A stretch of 63,729 nucleotides of DNA, filler included, from Lenisia limosa (taxonomy: Eukaryota > Protista > Breviatea): NCBI GenBank assembly GCA_001655205.1. It is 15 parts of 15 records of this genome, joined end to end, with 100 filler letters (N's around TTAATTAATTAA, not from the genome) between each part and the next. Parts side by side here need not be neighbours in the genome. Positions count along the whole stretch, not along the records: positions 1 to 3,335 come from LPNZ01006957.1; positions 3,436 to 8,387 come from LPNZ01011293.1; positions 8,488 to 17,133 come from LPNZ01004195.1; 12 more parts are not named here. One strand, written 5' to 3'. The notes beneath the pieces were generated by a model. It had not been told where the DNA came from and made no database searches. It saw only the letters and a program-made list of their open reading frames with translations. Of the stretch, positions 1-12,338 are shown in pieces. Position 1 is the stretch's first letter, and each line of letters opens with the position of its first letter. A program made the translations under genes and the position numbers.

Positions 1-337
1 GAGGGGATCAAAGCTGGATGGACATAGCGCGGACCAGACGACTGCAGAAAAGAATCTCTACTGGTACGAACAATATGGTATCAAGCAAACTGTGACTATT
101 CTAAACCATACTGATGCTGAACAAAAAAGTAGTAATGGTACAAAAAAGGGTTGGCTGGGCAAACACAAGGCACAAAACAAAATACACACAGCAAACATTG
201 AAATCGAAACAACACAAAAAACAAAGCAAAGGGGAACAAGTCAAAGGTTACTTTAAAACAATATTAAGCTGAGGGGAATAATAGCACTANNNNNNNNNNN
301 NNNNNNNNNNAATTTTTGGCTTTTTTGTATCATAATT

Positions 338-535
338 TTTACGCTGGAGTGATGGGATGCGGTGCTGCAGAAGCGACTAGCCTGGGCTGCGTTTGTTTTG
401 TTGTTATCAACCATCGTATGTTGTCAGCCAACAGAGTTGATTTTGGGCTTTATTTTTGTGTTCCAAAAATTCTCCAATTTTACCTTCATCGAAATTTCCT
501 TCGTTTTAGCTAAAATTTCCAATTTTACTCCGCAG
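338..535 (+). repeat. Family B copy ending at a 3' splice site
   Basis: Full consensus from tacgctggagtgatgggatgcgg to ttccaattttactccgCAG, followed by an exon. Confidence 0.9.
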
Positions 536-601
536 CAACGGGCGATATTGTAGTGTGTGGCCACGCGGTGTTCTCTGCAGCTATGGCCTATCACCTAGCT
601 G
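536..601 (+). CDS. Exon of a probable histidine-phosphatase (PGAM-like) family protein
   Basis: CAG|exon|GT boundaries; translates TGDIVVCGHAVFSAAMAYHLA, resembling the second conserved His motif of histidine phosphatases. Only one exon is informative. Confidence 0.35.
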
Positions 602-646
602 GTTTGGGGGGAGGGGGATCATACCCATTTAAATGTGCTTAATTTT

Positions 647-746
647 TGGCTTCACTTGGGTCCCAAAAAAGACTGAATTTCTCGATAAATCTGCGATAAA
701 TATCGATATTTCATCGGTCTTTTTCGAACCGGAGTGAAGCTCTCTA
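647..746. mobile_element. Family A MITE; further full or partial copies near 4255, 8900, 9212, 9830, 10362, 12840, 13090, 13312, 14330, 38795, 40977, 43770, 51850, 52161, 58555, 62232, 63228 and 63385
   Basis: Shared GCTTCACTTCGGTTCGAAAAAGAC or GCTTCCCTACGGTCCCAAAAAGAC ends and a TCGATAAAT core. Confidence 0.8.
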
Positions 747-1000
747 CCTACGATCCTATCGATCGTTGGGGGGGGGGGTAATTGNNNNNNNNNNNNNNNN
801 NNNNNNNNNNNNNNNNNNNNNNNNNNNNNNNNNNNNNNNNNNNNNNNNNNNNNNNNNNNNNNNNNNNNNNNNNNNNNNNNNNNNNNNNNNNNNNNNNNNN
901 NNNNNNNNNNNNNNNNNNTTTTTTTATTGAGTAGGGAAATGATCATACTCTTTCATTCGATTTTTTTTTTTGTGTGTACAATGTACTATTACGCTACAAC

Positions 1001-1098
1001 TAGGGCTTTCCTGCGGTCCCAAAAAAAGACCGAATTTCTCAACAAATCCTGATAAAATAGATATTTACCGATCTGTTTTGGACCGTAGGGAAGCACTA
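1001..1098. mobile_element. Family A hAT-type MITE
   Basis: TAGGGCTT...AAGCACTA TIRs; perfect 8-bp TSD gctacaac (993-1000 and 1099-1106). Confidence 0.9.
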
Positions 1099-1783
1099 GC
1101 TACAACTTGGGCAGTTGCGTAGAGGAAGAGAGTAACAACATTCTTCATCGAAATTTCCTTAGTTTTGCAACCCCCCCCCNNNNNNNNNNNNNNNNNNNNN
1201 NNNNNNNNNNNNNNNNNNNNNNNNNNNNNNNNNNNNNNNNNNNNNNNNNNNNNNNNNNNNNNNNNNNNNNNNNNNNNNNNNNNNNNNNNNNNNNNNNNNN
1301 NNNNNNNNNNNNNNNNNNNNNNNNNNNNNNNNNTTGTCTCATCTCTATATACTCTAACCCCCTCCTGATGTCATAATGTCCCCTACCATCCTGGTATAAC
1401 GTTGTTACGCCTCAGAAGCGCTTAACGCCACCGAAGAACACGTGGCGTTGACGCAAACATGCAATCAGGCTGAAGCTGAGGGTGGGTGGGTAAATATGTT
1501 TTATGTATACATATTATACATACGTATATACTGGGGAGGCACGGAAAGCTATGTGCATAGATATATTATATAATATACTATAATTCTATATATCTTATAA
1601 ACGTGATGGTGTGGACGGCTTCGGCTTGATATGTACATATGTATTGTGTGTGTATGTACTACCAGATGCATGTACACATGTGACCTGATATATAGATGAG
1701 GGCGTATTGTCCCCGCAAACGTGCAGCCGCCAAGGCTGAATTCATCGGGGGTTTTTTTAAAAAATAAATGTCGAGAAATTCCG

Positions 1784-2116
1784 TCATTGTCTAAATTGCC
1801 CTAATTCAATTAGTGTTTGAAATGATTCTGATCTCACGATCCAGGCATTTACGTTGCCACTGACGGAGTCTGGCTGCTCAAGGCCTAGGGTTTCCCCTGT
1901 TTCTTTAATTTCTTTTCCCTCCACTGTTTTTTCTGTGGTTGAAATACACTTTGTTGGGCGGTTCTCTGAGCTATTTTTTTCTTCTTTTTTAAGCAGGCTT
2001 TCAAATGGGAAAGTGTCTCGGATAGCAGACTCGAAATAGGCCTTCCTGAGCGATTTTATAACATTAAAGGCTCCGTGCCGTAGTGGAATAATCTCGTGCA
2101 ATAATTTTGTGAACAT
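1784..2116 (-). CDS. Hypothetical 110-aa ORF
   Basis: Ungapped ATG-to-stop ORF with no recognised motif. Confidence 0.25.
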   Translation of the reverse strand: MFTKLLHEIIPLRHGAFNVIKSLRKAYFESAIRDTFPFESLLKKEEKNSSENRPTKCISTTEKTVEGKEIKETGETLGLEQPDSVSGNVNAWIVRSESFQTLIELGQFRQ

Positions 2117-2467
2117 TTTTTTTCAAAAAGTGTCTGAAATTGAGAATATATTACATGTCCCTCTTCACAATTAAGAACGAACTTCTTTTACAATATTCTT
2201 CCCATTACATAAGAGTTAAGGACTAGATTTCTAAGGGATGGAGTCTAGGAGTTTAAACCCCATTGCTCTAAATAAGACAAGAAAAATACGCTTACTTACA
2301 AAACCCCCAAAGCAAACCTATTTGCAAAACCCCCAGCTGACAAGAAAAGTACGACATTACTTACAAAACCTCCAATTGAGAGACAGAAAAAGTACATCAC
2401 ACACATAGTTCCACATATTCAGATCATTAAATAACATTTTGAATTTGTTAATGGGTATAGAGCAGCG

Positions 2468-3335
2468 CTATTTCAGCGGCAGCGGGAGGGGCGACACAAT
2501 GGGGGTGCTGGAGGGAGTGGGTGGCTTTGCGCGGTGACGAGTCCCTCCTTCCGAGCTATAAAGCGAAGTGCTCGAATGCACGTGGCTAGGATGCTGAAGG
2601 GGGGGGGGGGNNNNNNNNNNNNNNNNNNNNNNNNNNNNNNNNNNNNNNNNNNNNNNNNNNNNNNNNNNNNNNNNNNNNNNNNNNNNNNNNNNNNNNNNNN
2701 NNNNNNNNNNNNNNNNNNNNNNNNNNNNNNNNNNNNNNNNNNNNNNNNNNNNNNNNNNNNNNNNNNNNNNNNNNNNNNNNNNNNNNTATTATTATTATTA
2801 TCATCATAATCATCACCACTATCACTAACAATATCATCATCACCATTCATTCCACTTACTTCATCAAGGTTTTGAGCGGATCTTCCCGAAGCGAAGAGGG
2901 ATAATTGGCTGTCTCTTCTCTGTGGGGTAAAACGAAGGACATTTCTATGAAGAAAGATTCTCATAGCAAACAAATTTGGGGGTTTATTATCGACAAAAGT
3001 TTCACCCCCCCCCCCATATTTTCTGGGGTTCCGCAATTAACAGAAAAGGGGTTCTCGTTACAATATGGCCCTCATCAAAATTAAAAAATAATTTCTCAAT
3101 TATTTGCACGGAGCTACAAGTTAATATGGAGCGAGGTGTAATGGTTTGTTAAGGGTTGTGTAGTGTGTATATGTCTATTAAAACAGGTTTTAGTATTAAT
3201 ATGTTCAAAAAAGAAGTCGCCCACCCCCACATTCTCGATAAACATGCTCATTAGCTTGCCGCCCGGTTTGCTGATGGGTTCAGGCAGCGGGGCTACAGAG
3301 GTGTCTTGGTCCAAGAAATACGTCCGCATCTTGCC
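2468..3335 (-). CDS. 3' end of an adenylate/guanylate (class III) cyclase
   Basis: Exon GKMRTYFLDQDTSVAPL matches the KGKGxMxTYFL end of class III cyclase domains. Two further GT-AG exons lead to a stop at 2468. 5' part lost at the spacer. Confidence 0.55.
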
Positions 3336-3435
3336 NNNNNNNNNNNNNNNNNNNNNNNNNNNNNNNNNNNNNNNNNNNNTTAATTAATTAANNNNNNNNN
3401 NNNNNNNNNNNNNNNNNNNNNNNNNNNNNNNNNNN
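3336..3435. other. Artificial contig spacer N44-TTAATTAATTAA-N44; 14 copies with cores at 3380, 8432, 17178, 23298, 38149, 40080, 41368, 42807, 45093, 46634, 52105, 54525, 60354 and 61722
   Basis: Identical six-frame-stop 12-mer centred in a 100-nt N block each time. Confidence 0.97.
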
Positions 3436-3454
3436 ACTCTTTCCCCACCAACAA

Positions 3455-3670
3455 GGAAGCGAAAAGCCCCTGCGAAAGAAGTGACAGTGGATGAAAAACC
3501 CCCCACTGAGATATATTTTGACAACAATGAGGATGATGGAAAGCGACAGTGTCCCTGTTGCCAAAAGTGGTATATTAAGTCGCATAAACTGCCAGGTTTT
3601 TCGCCTGACCGGTGTTGGCCGCACTGTCTACCACTTGTCTGGTCAAGCAAACCGGAAAACGGGAATTCAT
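3455..3670 (+). CDS. Fragment of an unknown gene (KRKAPAKE...QCPCCQK)
   Basis: AG acceptor at the scaffold start followed by an open frame; no family recognised. Confidence 0.25.
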
Positions 3671-3932
3671 AAACAAAATCGGGTAAAATCGGGTTTAGTG
3701 TCGGTAGAAACTACACAATCAACAAAAAACAATAACAACAACAGCAACAACAACAACAACAAAAAAAAAAAACTGCTACAAAAAAGATCAAGTGGCAAAG
3801 GTGAAAGATGAATAAACCACGTAGAGAAGACCGGATTTATAACGTAGTAAAGAAGATGAAATTCTAGAATCAACAAATTCTAGACGAGATGAACATATTC
3901 AAGAGAAGATGAACGATATAAACCAAACAAAC

Positions 3933-6900
3933 TTCGTCGAGGATGACCAGGGATTTGTTTGTTGCTGCATGCATGATTTTTGAAGCTTCCGCCATTTCCA
4001 CCTGGGGGGGGGGGAGGTCGTAATTTATACCAATATGAATGTACACATCATAATATATCTTCTATTATATCTAAAAAATCTACAAAATTTCCTTCGTCCC
4101 CCACCCCCCAACTAGGAAGGTAGACTGCCCTCGACAGAGGTCGTCATGTGCACCCATTCTAAACAGTAAGGGCGAAACAGATATGCAAGGACTCCGACAA
4201 GTTCTGACACGATTGACTGAATAATAGGAACCAACACATTGTATTATATGTCAGACTTCCCTATGGTCCCAAAGAGACCGAATCTCTCGTTAAATCCTCG
4301 ATAAATATCGATATTTTACCGGTCTTTTTTCGGAATGCACGGAAGTCCTAGCCATGACTTATGATTAGTGTATCTCATATCCCGATGTCATAATATTAAT
4401 TTTAAAATTCCGAGTCAACAGAACCTGAAAGCACCTTCAAGAAACCCTCACCCGCCAAAGCAGCCATTTTTGTTTTCAGCAAAAAGTAATAACAAAAAAA
4501 AAACACATGCAAAAAAAGACTAAATTGTTGAACAAAATAACACACGTAAAGCAATTGTTTTTTGCAAAACACAGACAAAATAATAAATCAAANNNNNNNN
4601 NNNNNNNNNNNNNNNNNNNNNNNNNNNNNNNNNNNNNNNNNNNNNNNNNNNNNNNNNNNNNNNNNNNNNNNNNNNNNNNNNNNNNNNNNNNNNNNNNNNN
4701 NNNNNNNNNNNNNNTGCAGGAACATAGGCCCCGAGCTAAGGGGTGTGAAGAGAGATGCTTTATTATTTACTATACTATACACAGAATGCGGTAAGTCCTG
4801 GCATGGATATTGAGCTGTCCACTGATCATAAAAAATATCTTTATTCAATCATGTCAGAACTTATCGCAGTCAATATACTGTAATAGACACCATATCTGCA
4901 TGCTACAATATGAAATTATACTGCATTGACTTCTATACTCCAACCTGAGCCATGATGGAGATAACAGCGCTTTGTCGAATGTAGCTGGATTTACCACCCA
5001 TATTCGGCCCGGTGAGGATCAGCACAGAGGGAGCTTTTCCGTCTGGATGAAGGTAAGTGTATGTATAAAATGCATATGATATATTTATCTTTTATTGATC
5101 AAAAAATTGATTTAACAGTTTCGAAACTGCCTTCCATCGAAAAAGGAAAATGTAGAACTGGGTATACAGTAGAACTCCATTGGTTGAAAAATTAATTGCA
5201 CCATTTGAAGTGAAACATTTTGTCACATAATTCAATTTCAGACACTGTAATTTCATATTTGTATAACTGAACCGAAGTGAACCGGAGTGCAATACAATGT
5301 TTAAATGCTGATTTGCAGCCCCCCCCCCCTCCATAAACACCATGAACCCCCCCTCCTACTGGCACCACTTCCAGCCAAATGGGTCGAGTTGGGAACAAAC
5401 TGGTCTGTCATCACCACTTCTGCCACTGGATGTCTACCCTCCTCAATGTCGAGAACCTGAGAAATGATATATAATGTTATACAAAATACATATCATTTGC
5501 ATCATAATCATACTATTTCATGTATGTGCAATTATATTGACAAAATATGATATCACATATTATAGTAGCATATATTATAACAATCAGAAAAAAAANNNNN
5601 NNNNNNNNNNNNNNNNNNNNNNNNNNNNNNNNNNNNNNNNNNNNNNNNNNNNNNNNNNNNNNNNNNNNNNNNNNNNNNNNNNNNNNNNNNNNNNNNNNNN
5701 NNNNNNNNNNNNNNNNNNNNNNNNNNNNNNNNNNNNNNNNNNNNNNNNNNNNNNTATGTATATATTGATAACTACCCTTACCTGGTATCCTAGCTCTCTT
5801 GCGTCTAGAATCTCGGGCTTGCAGTATCTGTGCGGTCATGCATTTTTTAACAGGCATTCCATATGGGGAAAATATACAACTATTTCAACAAAAAGTAGTG
5901 AGATATGGCATGAGGGAGAGCAGATCTTTGAGAGTGGAGGGTGTTGCACTCAGTTTGGCTNNNNNNNNNNNNNNNNNNNNNNNNNNNNNNNNNNNNNNNN
6001 NNNNNNNNNNNNNNNNNNNNNNNNNNNNNNNNNNNNNNNNNNNNNNNNNNNNNNNNNNNNNNNNNNNNNNNNNNNNNNNNNNNNNNNNNNNNNNNNNNNN
6101 NNNNNNNNNNNNNNNNNNNNNNNNNNNNNTTCTCGATAAATCATCAATATATCATATGATATGTATACTATATCATATATTTCGATAGATTTCGATCTTT
6201 TTTCTTACCAGAGTGTCACAACCCATAATAAGATACGTACATTTTAAAAAAATAAAAGTATATATTTATTATAACAAACACTACCCAGTGATAAGTTTGT
6301 TGACCAATTTCTCTGAGGGAAAATCATATACTAGCTCAGACCTTCTATGGCTACTGTTTATTTCTTAATCCCAAATTAGANNNNNNNNNNNNNNNNNNNN
6401 NNNNNNNNNNNNNNNNNNNNNNNNNNNNNNNNNNNNNNNNNNNNNNNNNNNNNNNNNNNNNNNNNNNNNNNNNNNNNNNNNNNNNNNNNNNNNNNNNNNN
6501 NNNNNNNNNNNNNNNNNNNNNTAGTTTCAGAGTGCGAAGAGTATGATATGACATATATTATAATACATGTATATCATATATATTTCATATCATCATCTGG
6601 TATAGTCATTTCAGTCTCACCCCAGGTGGTTGGCAGTTTCAGCAAGGGCGAAGAGAGCATCAAGGGAGGCAGCAAATTGGCACAGTTTACGCAGGGAATG
6701 GAACTCACTCAGAACCTCGCTGGGGGGGAGGGGTACAATTAGTCAATTTCAAAAAAAAAAAAAGATAATCGAACAACCCNNNNNNNNNNNNNNNNNNNNN
6801 NNNNNNNNNNNNNNNNNNNNNNNNNNNNNNNNNNNNNNNNNNNNNNNNNNNNNNNNNNNNNNNNNNNNNNNNNNNNNNNNNNNNNNNNNNNNNNNNNNNN

Positions 6901-8290
6901 NNNNNNNNNNNNNNNNNNNNNNNNNNNNNNNNNNNNNNNNNNNNNNNNNNNNNNNNNNNNNNNNNNNNNNNNNNNNNNNNNNNNNNNNNNNNNNNNNNNN
7001 NNNNNNNNNNNNNNNNNTTGGGTGCCTTATACATTTACTGTCTTATTTTGCTTTTGTTACCTTTCCGTATGCTGATTGCATCTTTTCAGGATTATAAAAC
7101 CGAATCATTTGAAATGATGGGGGAGAAATATCGACATCAATGCCCCAAATTCGATAACGCCCGACTGTGTGATAATTTAACAACCCACTCTATCACAATA
7201 ATTATATTCACCTCCAATTCGGCCTGATTGCTATGAATACACGCATTTCAAGTTGGTAGCTTTATGAACTCAAGGTAACTGCAGGAATCCCCCCAAAAAA
7301 GCACATTCAACTGTGTTGACAAATTAAAAGCAGTCATGAAATAAACCAAAGAGGGTGTGTCCGAAATAAAAAAAAACAAAAAAAAAAACTGACAAGAACC
7401 CATTTCCCGCTTATCACACCCCACCTTTGGAGCTGCAACCATGCTTCATCACATGNNNNNNNNNNNNNNNNNNNNNNNNNNNNNNNNNNNNNNNNNNNNN
7501 NNNNNNNNNNNNNNNNNNNNNNNNNNNNNNNNNNNNNNNNNNNNNNNNNNNNNNNNNNNNNNNNNNNNNNNNNNNNNNNNNNNNNNNNNNNNNNNNNNNN
7601 NNNNNNNNNNNNNNNNNTAACACTACAAAGTGAACGTCAACAAAAAGAATGAACTTCATTTGATTATCAAAGCTTATTTGTTTATGTTATCCCAATGCAC
7701 TCTTATGTTCCCTAGATTTCCTTAATATATTTTCTTGTTCAAACAAAAAAGAATTGTTTGTTCGTTCGTTACCCCCCCCCCCNNNNNNNNNNNNNNNNNN
7801 NNNNNNNNNNNNNNNNNNNNNNNNNNNNNNNNNNNNNNNNNNNNNNNNNNNNNNNNNNNNNNNNNNNNNNNNNNNNNNNNNNNNNNNNNNNNNNNNNNNN
7901 NCGCTGAGTCATTTGGATAATTTCTGGTGAGTGGTACCGTTGGCAGGCCTTGGTCCTGAGGTGTTAATAAGACGATATTGACAGGCCATGGTCCTGAGGT
8001 GTTTTAGTTAAAAAGGAAATAAAACAAAATGACGATTTTTACGTGTATTCGACACACCGCATATCATATTTATTAAATATGATTAGTAGTACATGAAAAA
8101 AGGAGTTGTCTGAATTGATAGCAAATGAGAAATAAGAAATAACCTACCATCTATCACAATCCATCGTTACAACTCCCACCTCTCTATCCAGTCGTTACCC
8201 CTCATATGCCCACCTCCCCATTTCTAATAACCTCAGGGTAGGTATGAACCACCCACAATGAAACGCTCTTCCATGAAACAGGAACCTTCT
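3933..8290 (-). CDS. MSH3: DNA mismatch repair protein MSH3, partial and multi-exon
   Basis: Spliced exons give [49 protein letters not shown] (Walker A), LGAYVPA and [16 protein letters not shown]|[23 protein letters not shown]. The GGKSSYI and RYHSP motifs favour MSH3 within the MutS family. Confidence 0.85.
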
Positions 8291-8627
8291 TATCTCTTTT
8301 GACCTCCAATAAATACTGAGCAAATTAAAAAAAAAACAATATATAGAGCGATTAATAAAACAAGGAAGTGTCTGGCTGAGGCCGTTCNNNNNNNNNNNNN
8401 NNNNNNNNNNNNNNNNNNNNNNNNNNNNNNNTTAATTAATTAANNNNNNNNNNNNNNNNNNNNNNNNNNNNNNNNNNNNNNNNNNNNCAGAGATATTGGA
8501 AGTAAAATTAGGGGTAACCCAAACTCAGAAAAAAATGTACAGTAACATTTATAAAAAGGGAAGTATATAAGCTCTTTTCTAAATATCAAAATTTAATACA
8601 AAAAAAAGGGAGAAGAGAGAGTGGGCG

Positions 8628-10250
8628 TACCCGACTCAAAATTCGGCCTACAGTTGAGATCTGTTCCATCATGGTTGGTGATATTTACGGTCAGAGTAGC
8701 GGGGTCAACGAAATAACCCGCTTTCGGTGCTTTAGCAGCACTCCATGTTTCGCCACCGTCCAGACTGATTTCGAGGGACGAACCAAGGAGTCCATCTGAG
8801 GGGAAGGGGCAGACGATCTGCTTGCGTCAAATGAAGGAAATCCCACATAGTACAATGGGACACATAAACCTTTTTCAACATATTTTTATGATATAAATTT
8901 TGGGTTTCGCTTCGGTTTCTACAAAGATAGGTAGACTATCGAAATATTTAAACGATTTATCGACATTTCTAGACATTATCTATAACCTAACTGACCGCAC
9001 TGAACACCCACGCCCTCCCTCCCATACCAGGCTGCTTTCATGAACAATCTCACTAGGCTCCACCATTTTGAGTCCTCCAGCCGTTGAAAACCTGCATCAT
9101 ATTATATGATATCTTGCTGAACATTACTGTAGGGCTCTGTGCAATTGATTGTCTGAGTCTATTCATTGGCATTCGAAATTAAATTGTCTGACATGGGGTT
9201 ATCATTGTTTCTTGGGCTTCACTTTGGTTCGAAAAAGACTGCTTAAATATCAATAATTTTCGAGGATTCATTGAGAAATTCAGTATTTTTTTGAACAAAA
9301 GTGAAGCCCTACATATGTCCCACTTCAAATTTTGGAATCTAGTACGGAGCCCAACTATTTTGTGTTTCAAATGCGCAAGGCTTATGTATTTTAGATGTAA
9401 TATAATATATAGTATGACCGGAAAAGTTTTGACCGATTTTCCTTGGTTAATCATGGAGCAAATCTGTCAAGATTTATCCCGGTCACTGTACATCATATGC
9501 ACGTCTATCATGTAGACCCGCCACCTGCAAAACGTATAACCGACATTGACCTTCGGAAGCAACGTGACAGTGGCCACCCACTGGGCCTCGGCTAAGGCGG
9601 TGAGTAGGGGGGGGGGGCGGNNNNNNNNNNNNNNNNNNNNNNNNNNNNNNNNNNNNNNNNNNNNNNNNNNNNNNNNNNNNNNNNNNNNNNNNNNNNNNNN
9701 NNNNNNNNNNNNNNNNNNNNNNNNNNNNNNNNNNNNNNNNNNNNNNNNNNNNNNNNNNNNNNNNNNNNNNNNNNNNNNNNNNNNNNNNNNNNNNNNNNNN
9801 NNNNNNNNNNNNNNNNNNNNNNNNNNNNNCCGGGTCCGAAAAAGACCATCAAAATATCGATACTTATCGAGAATTTATCGGGAAATTGAGTCTTTTTTGG
9901 GGACCGCAGGGAAGGCCTAGGTATACTACAAGTGGCATCATTAAGTCAAAATCCAACTTGAATACTCAGAAAAAGAAGGGTTCGTCAAGGGGTATTCGAG
10001 TTTTTGAACTAACAATATCAGGGTGGGGGAGGATCTATACAGTGACTGATGATTTACCATTGAAAATCCGTCAGGACTTTCCCCGGTCATTGTACCTAGA
10101 AATGGAGGGGGGGGGTATGGGGGGTTTATACCCATCACTCCAGCGTACATTGGAGTTGACAATAACAAAACAAAGCCCAAGCCAGTTCGGAAGGGGGGGG
10201 GGGGTAGACCTCACAAACCTTCATAGAGCCCAACAGTTTGCAGGATAACT
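8628..10250 (-). CDS. IPT/TIG-like domain protein, partial
   Basis: Exons join in phase to YTFCRFSTAGGLKMVEPSEIVHESSL-QIVCPFPSDGLLGSSLEISLDGGETWS, an Ig-like IPT/TIG-style pattern with an Asp-box-like SLDGGETW. Confidence 0.45.
10040..10092. mobile_element. Family C Tc1/mariner-type MITE; other copies near 4790, 9412, 10578, 12505, 15740, 40170, 57586 and 63130
   Basis: TA|CAGTGAC...GTCATTG|TA; family termini CAGTGACCGSGATAAGTC. Confidence 0.7.
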
Positions 10251-11902
10251 ATACATGTAAGAAAAATAAATAAGGACTTCTTCCCGAAGCCATCCACATC
10301 ATCACGCTTCGCTTATAAGAGTTTGGTTATATTATCATTTGTTACGAAGTGAATAAACTATTACGGTCCCCAAAAAAGACTAAATTGCTTGCTAAACCCT
10401 CCATAAATCCTCAATAAATCCTCGATAAATCCTCGATATTTCCTCGATATTTCCTCGATAAACCCTCGATAAATCCCTGAATGTTTGATTCGCATCACTT
10501 ATACCCCCCCCATACAGGTTCGAGATCCGGTATCTTGAGACTCCATGCTGGGAGGTCAGGACTGTATATCTACTATACACTGACCGCGATAAGTCCTGAT
10601 ACGATTGACTCAAGCTAAAGCTCAGTATCCGCGTCAGGACTTTTCGCGTATGACGACAAGGGGAAAATGTCTAGAAATGTCGTTTAATTGTTTAAATATT
10701 TTCATAGTCTCCTATCTTTTAAGAAACCCAAAATCATAAAACATGTTGAAAGAGGTTTATGGTGTCCCTATGTACTCTGGTACTGTTTTAATGTATGTTT
10801 TGCCCAAAGAAAGAGATGTGCGAACATTTGAGGCGATTTTTTTTTTTGCAGTTGTATGGATTGAGTGAAACGTGGTAATCCCACCCCCTTTTTTTTAATA
10901 TAAATATTATGTTTTTTCACACTCCCAAAAGCAAAATGCAACGTTATGAATAATCCGAGTTCAAACCTTCGGACGGAAAGCCGCTCAATTGAAACGTCTT
11001 TAAATGCCAGTGTATTGTCTTGGAGGCTATGGGGGGGGGGGGGGNNNNNNNNNNNNNNNNNNNNNNNNNNNNNNNNNNNNNNNNNNNNNNNNNNNNNNNN
11101 NNNNNNNNNNNNNNNNNNNNNNNNNNNNNNNNNNNNNCTTTCTGCGCATTCCTATCTTGGAAAATAAATATAAACAAGTCTTATTACATACATCTGCAAG
11201 ACTTGGTGAGTCAAAAGTCACATAGCTTTGTAAAAAGAAAGAGAAAAAAAAACACACGGACATTATTTCTATTCATAAATTGCAACTATGGAGGAAGAGT
11301 GCAATACTTTAACCAACATCTTCGGGAGCGACTCCACCGGGCCTAACAGGAAGCATCCCGTACACAACAAAAATAGTAACACTATCATTTATCTATTTAT
11401 CTCGATTTATCTGATCTTGTTGTTAAGCTCTTGCTCAACTCGTGCTCGACTCTTGCGTTGCCAACTGGCTGCTTGCTTCGTTGCTTCGTGTGATGGTAAA
11501 TGGTTTGGTGGGTGGTGGCGACTGCCATGGGAATGGGTAAAGGAATAAGAGATATATACACCCCATGGGCGAGCCAGGCGAGCCGAAACAAAGAGACAGA
11601 GTTTCCGGCCGCGCCATTTCTGATGGAGAGTATTTTGTTGAATTTTTGCGTTTTTGCAGTTTTAAGCTTAAAATCAGTGTGTGTAAGACAAAAGGTATAA
11701 TTATTAGTTGCGTTTTGGGCGTAAAGGATAATCTTCTCACTGGCCATTCGCCCCCTTAACCCGGTGGGTAGGTGTATTCTATATTCTTCAGTTTTAACAC
11801 TATAATAAAAATATATGACGCCCCATTGGGCTTATTGTTTATTAGACTCGTGTTGTTTGCTGAATACCTGACGCTGCAGTGTATCGACTGCTGAAAGGCT
11901 AG

Positions 11903-12338
11903 ATATCCGAAATGGATGTAGGGGTGGAAGAAATTTCGCCAAGTTTCCATTCCCCTGAATCGAAGTTCACCGGCAGTGTCTCTCCGTCGTTTTCTCTGGC
12001 TGAAACAGCAGTTCCTCCTCCACCACCTTTTGAATTCGCTGAAGTTAGGCAGCTTTCCTCGAATACTCTTCCAACAACAGTTGCCGCATCTGCTTTTGAG
12101 GTAACCATGCCAGAGGTCAGGGGGAATATTGCCAAACTCCGTAAGTTTTTTCTTCTGTTTTACATCAGCTGTTTCGCCTTTTAACGATGATAGGCCAATC
12201 CAAGCTCATTGCACGTCTTGTTCGGGCTCGAAGGAGTCGATCAGATTGTTTCCACTCTGAATGGGAATCGGTCAGATCTTGAAGCGATTGATGATGAGGT
12301 TGGCTTCGGGTTTGGAATGGCACCCTTACAGCCGTGAG
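11903..12338 (+). CDS. Ser/Pro-rich unknown protein, probable last two exons
   Basis: Open frame plus a GT-AG intron at about 12101-12193 giving ANPSSLHVLFGLEGVDQ...LQP*; no family recognised. Confidence 0.3.

Noticed and set aside
3380-3391. TTAATTAATTAA as a biological motif
   Set aside because: It is always centred in a 100-nt N block and is a six-frame-stop assembly linker.
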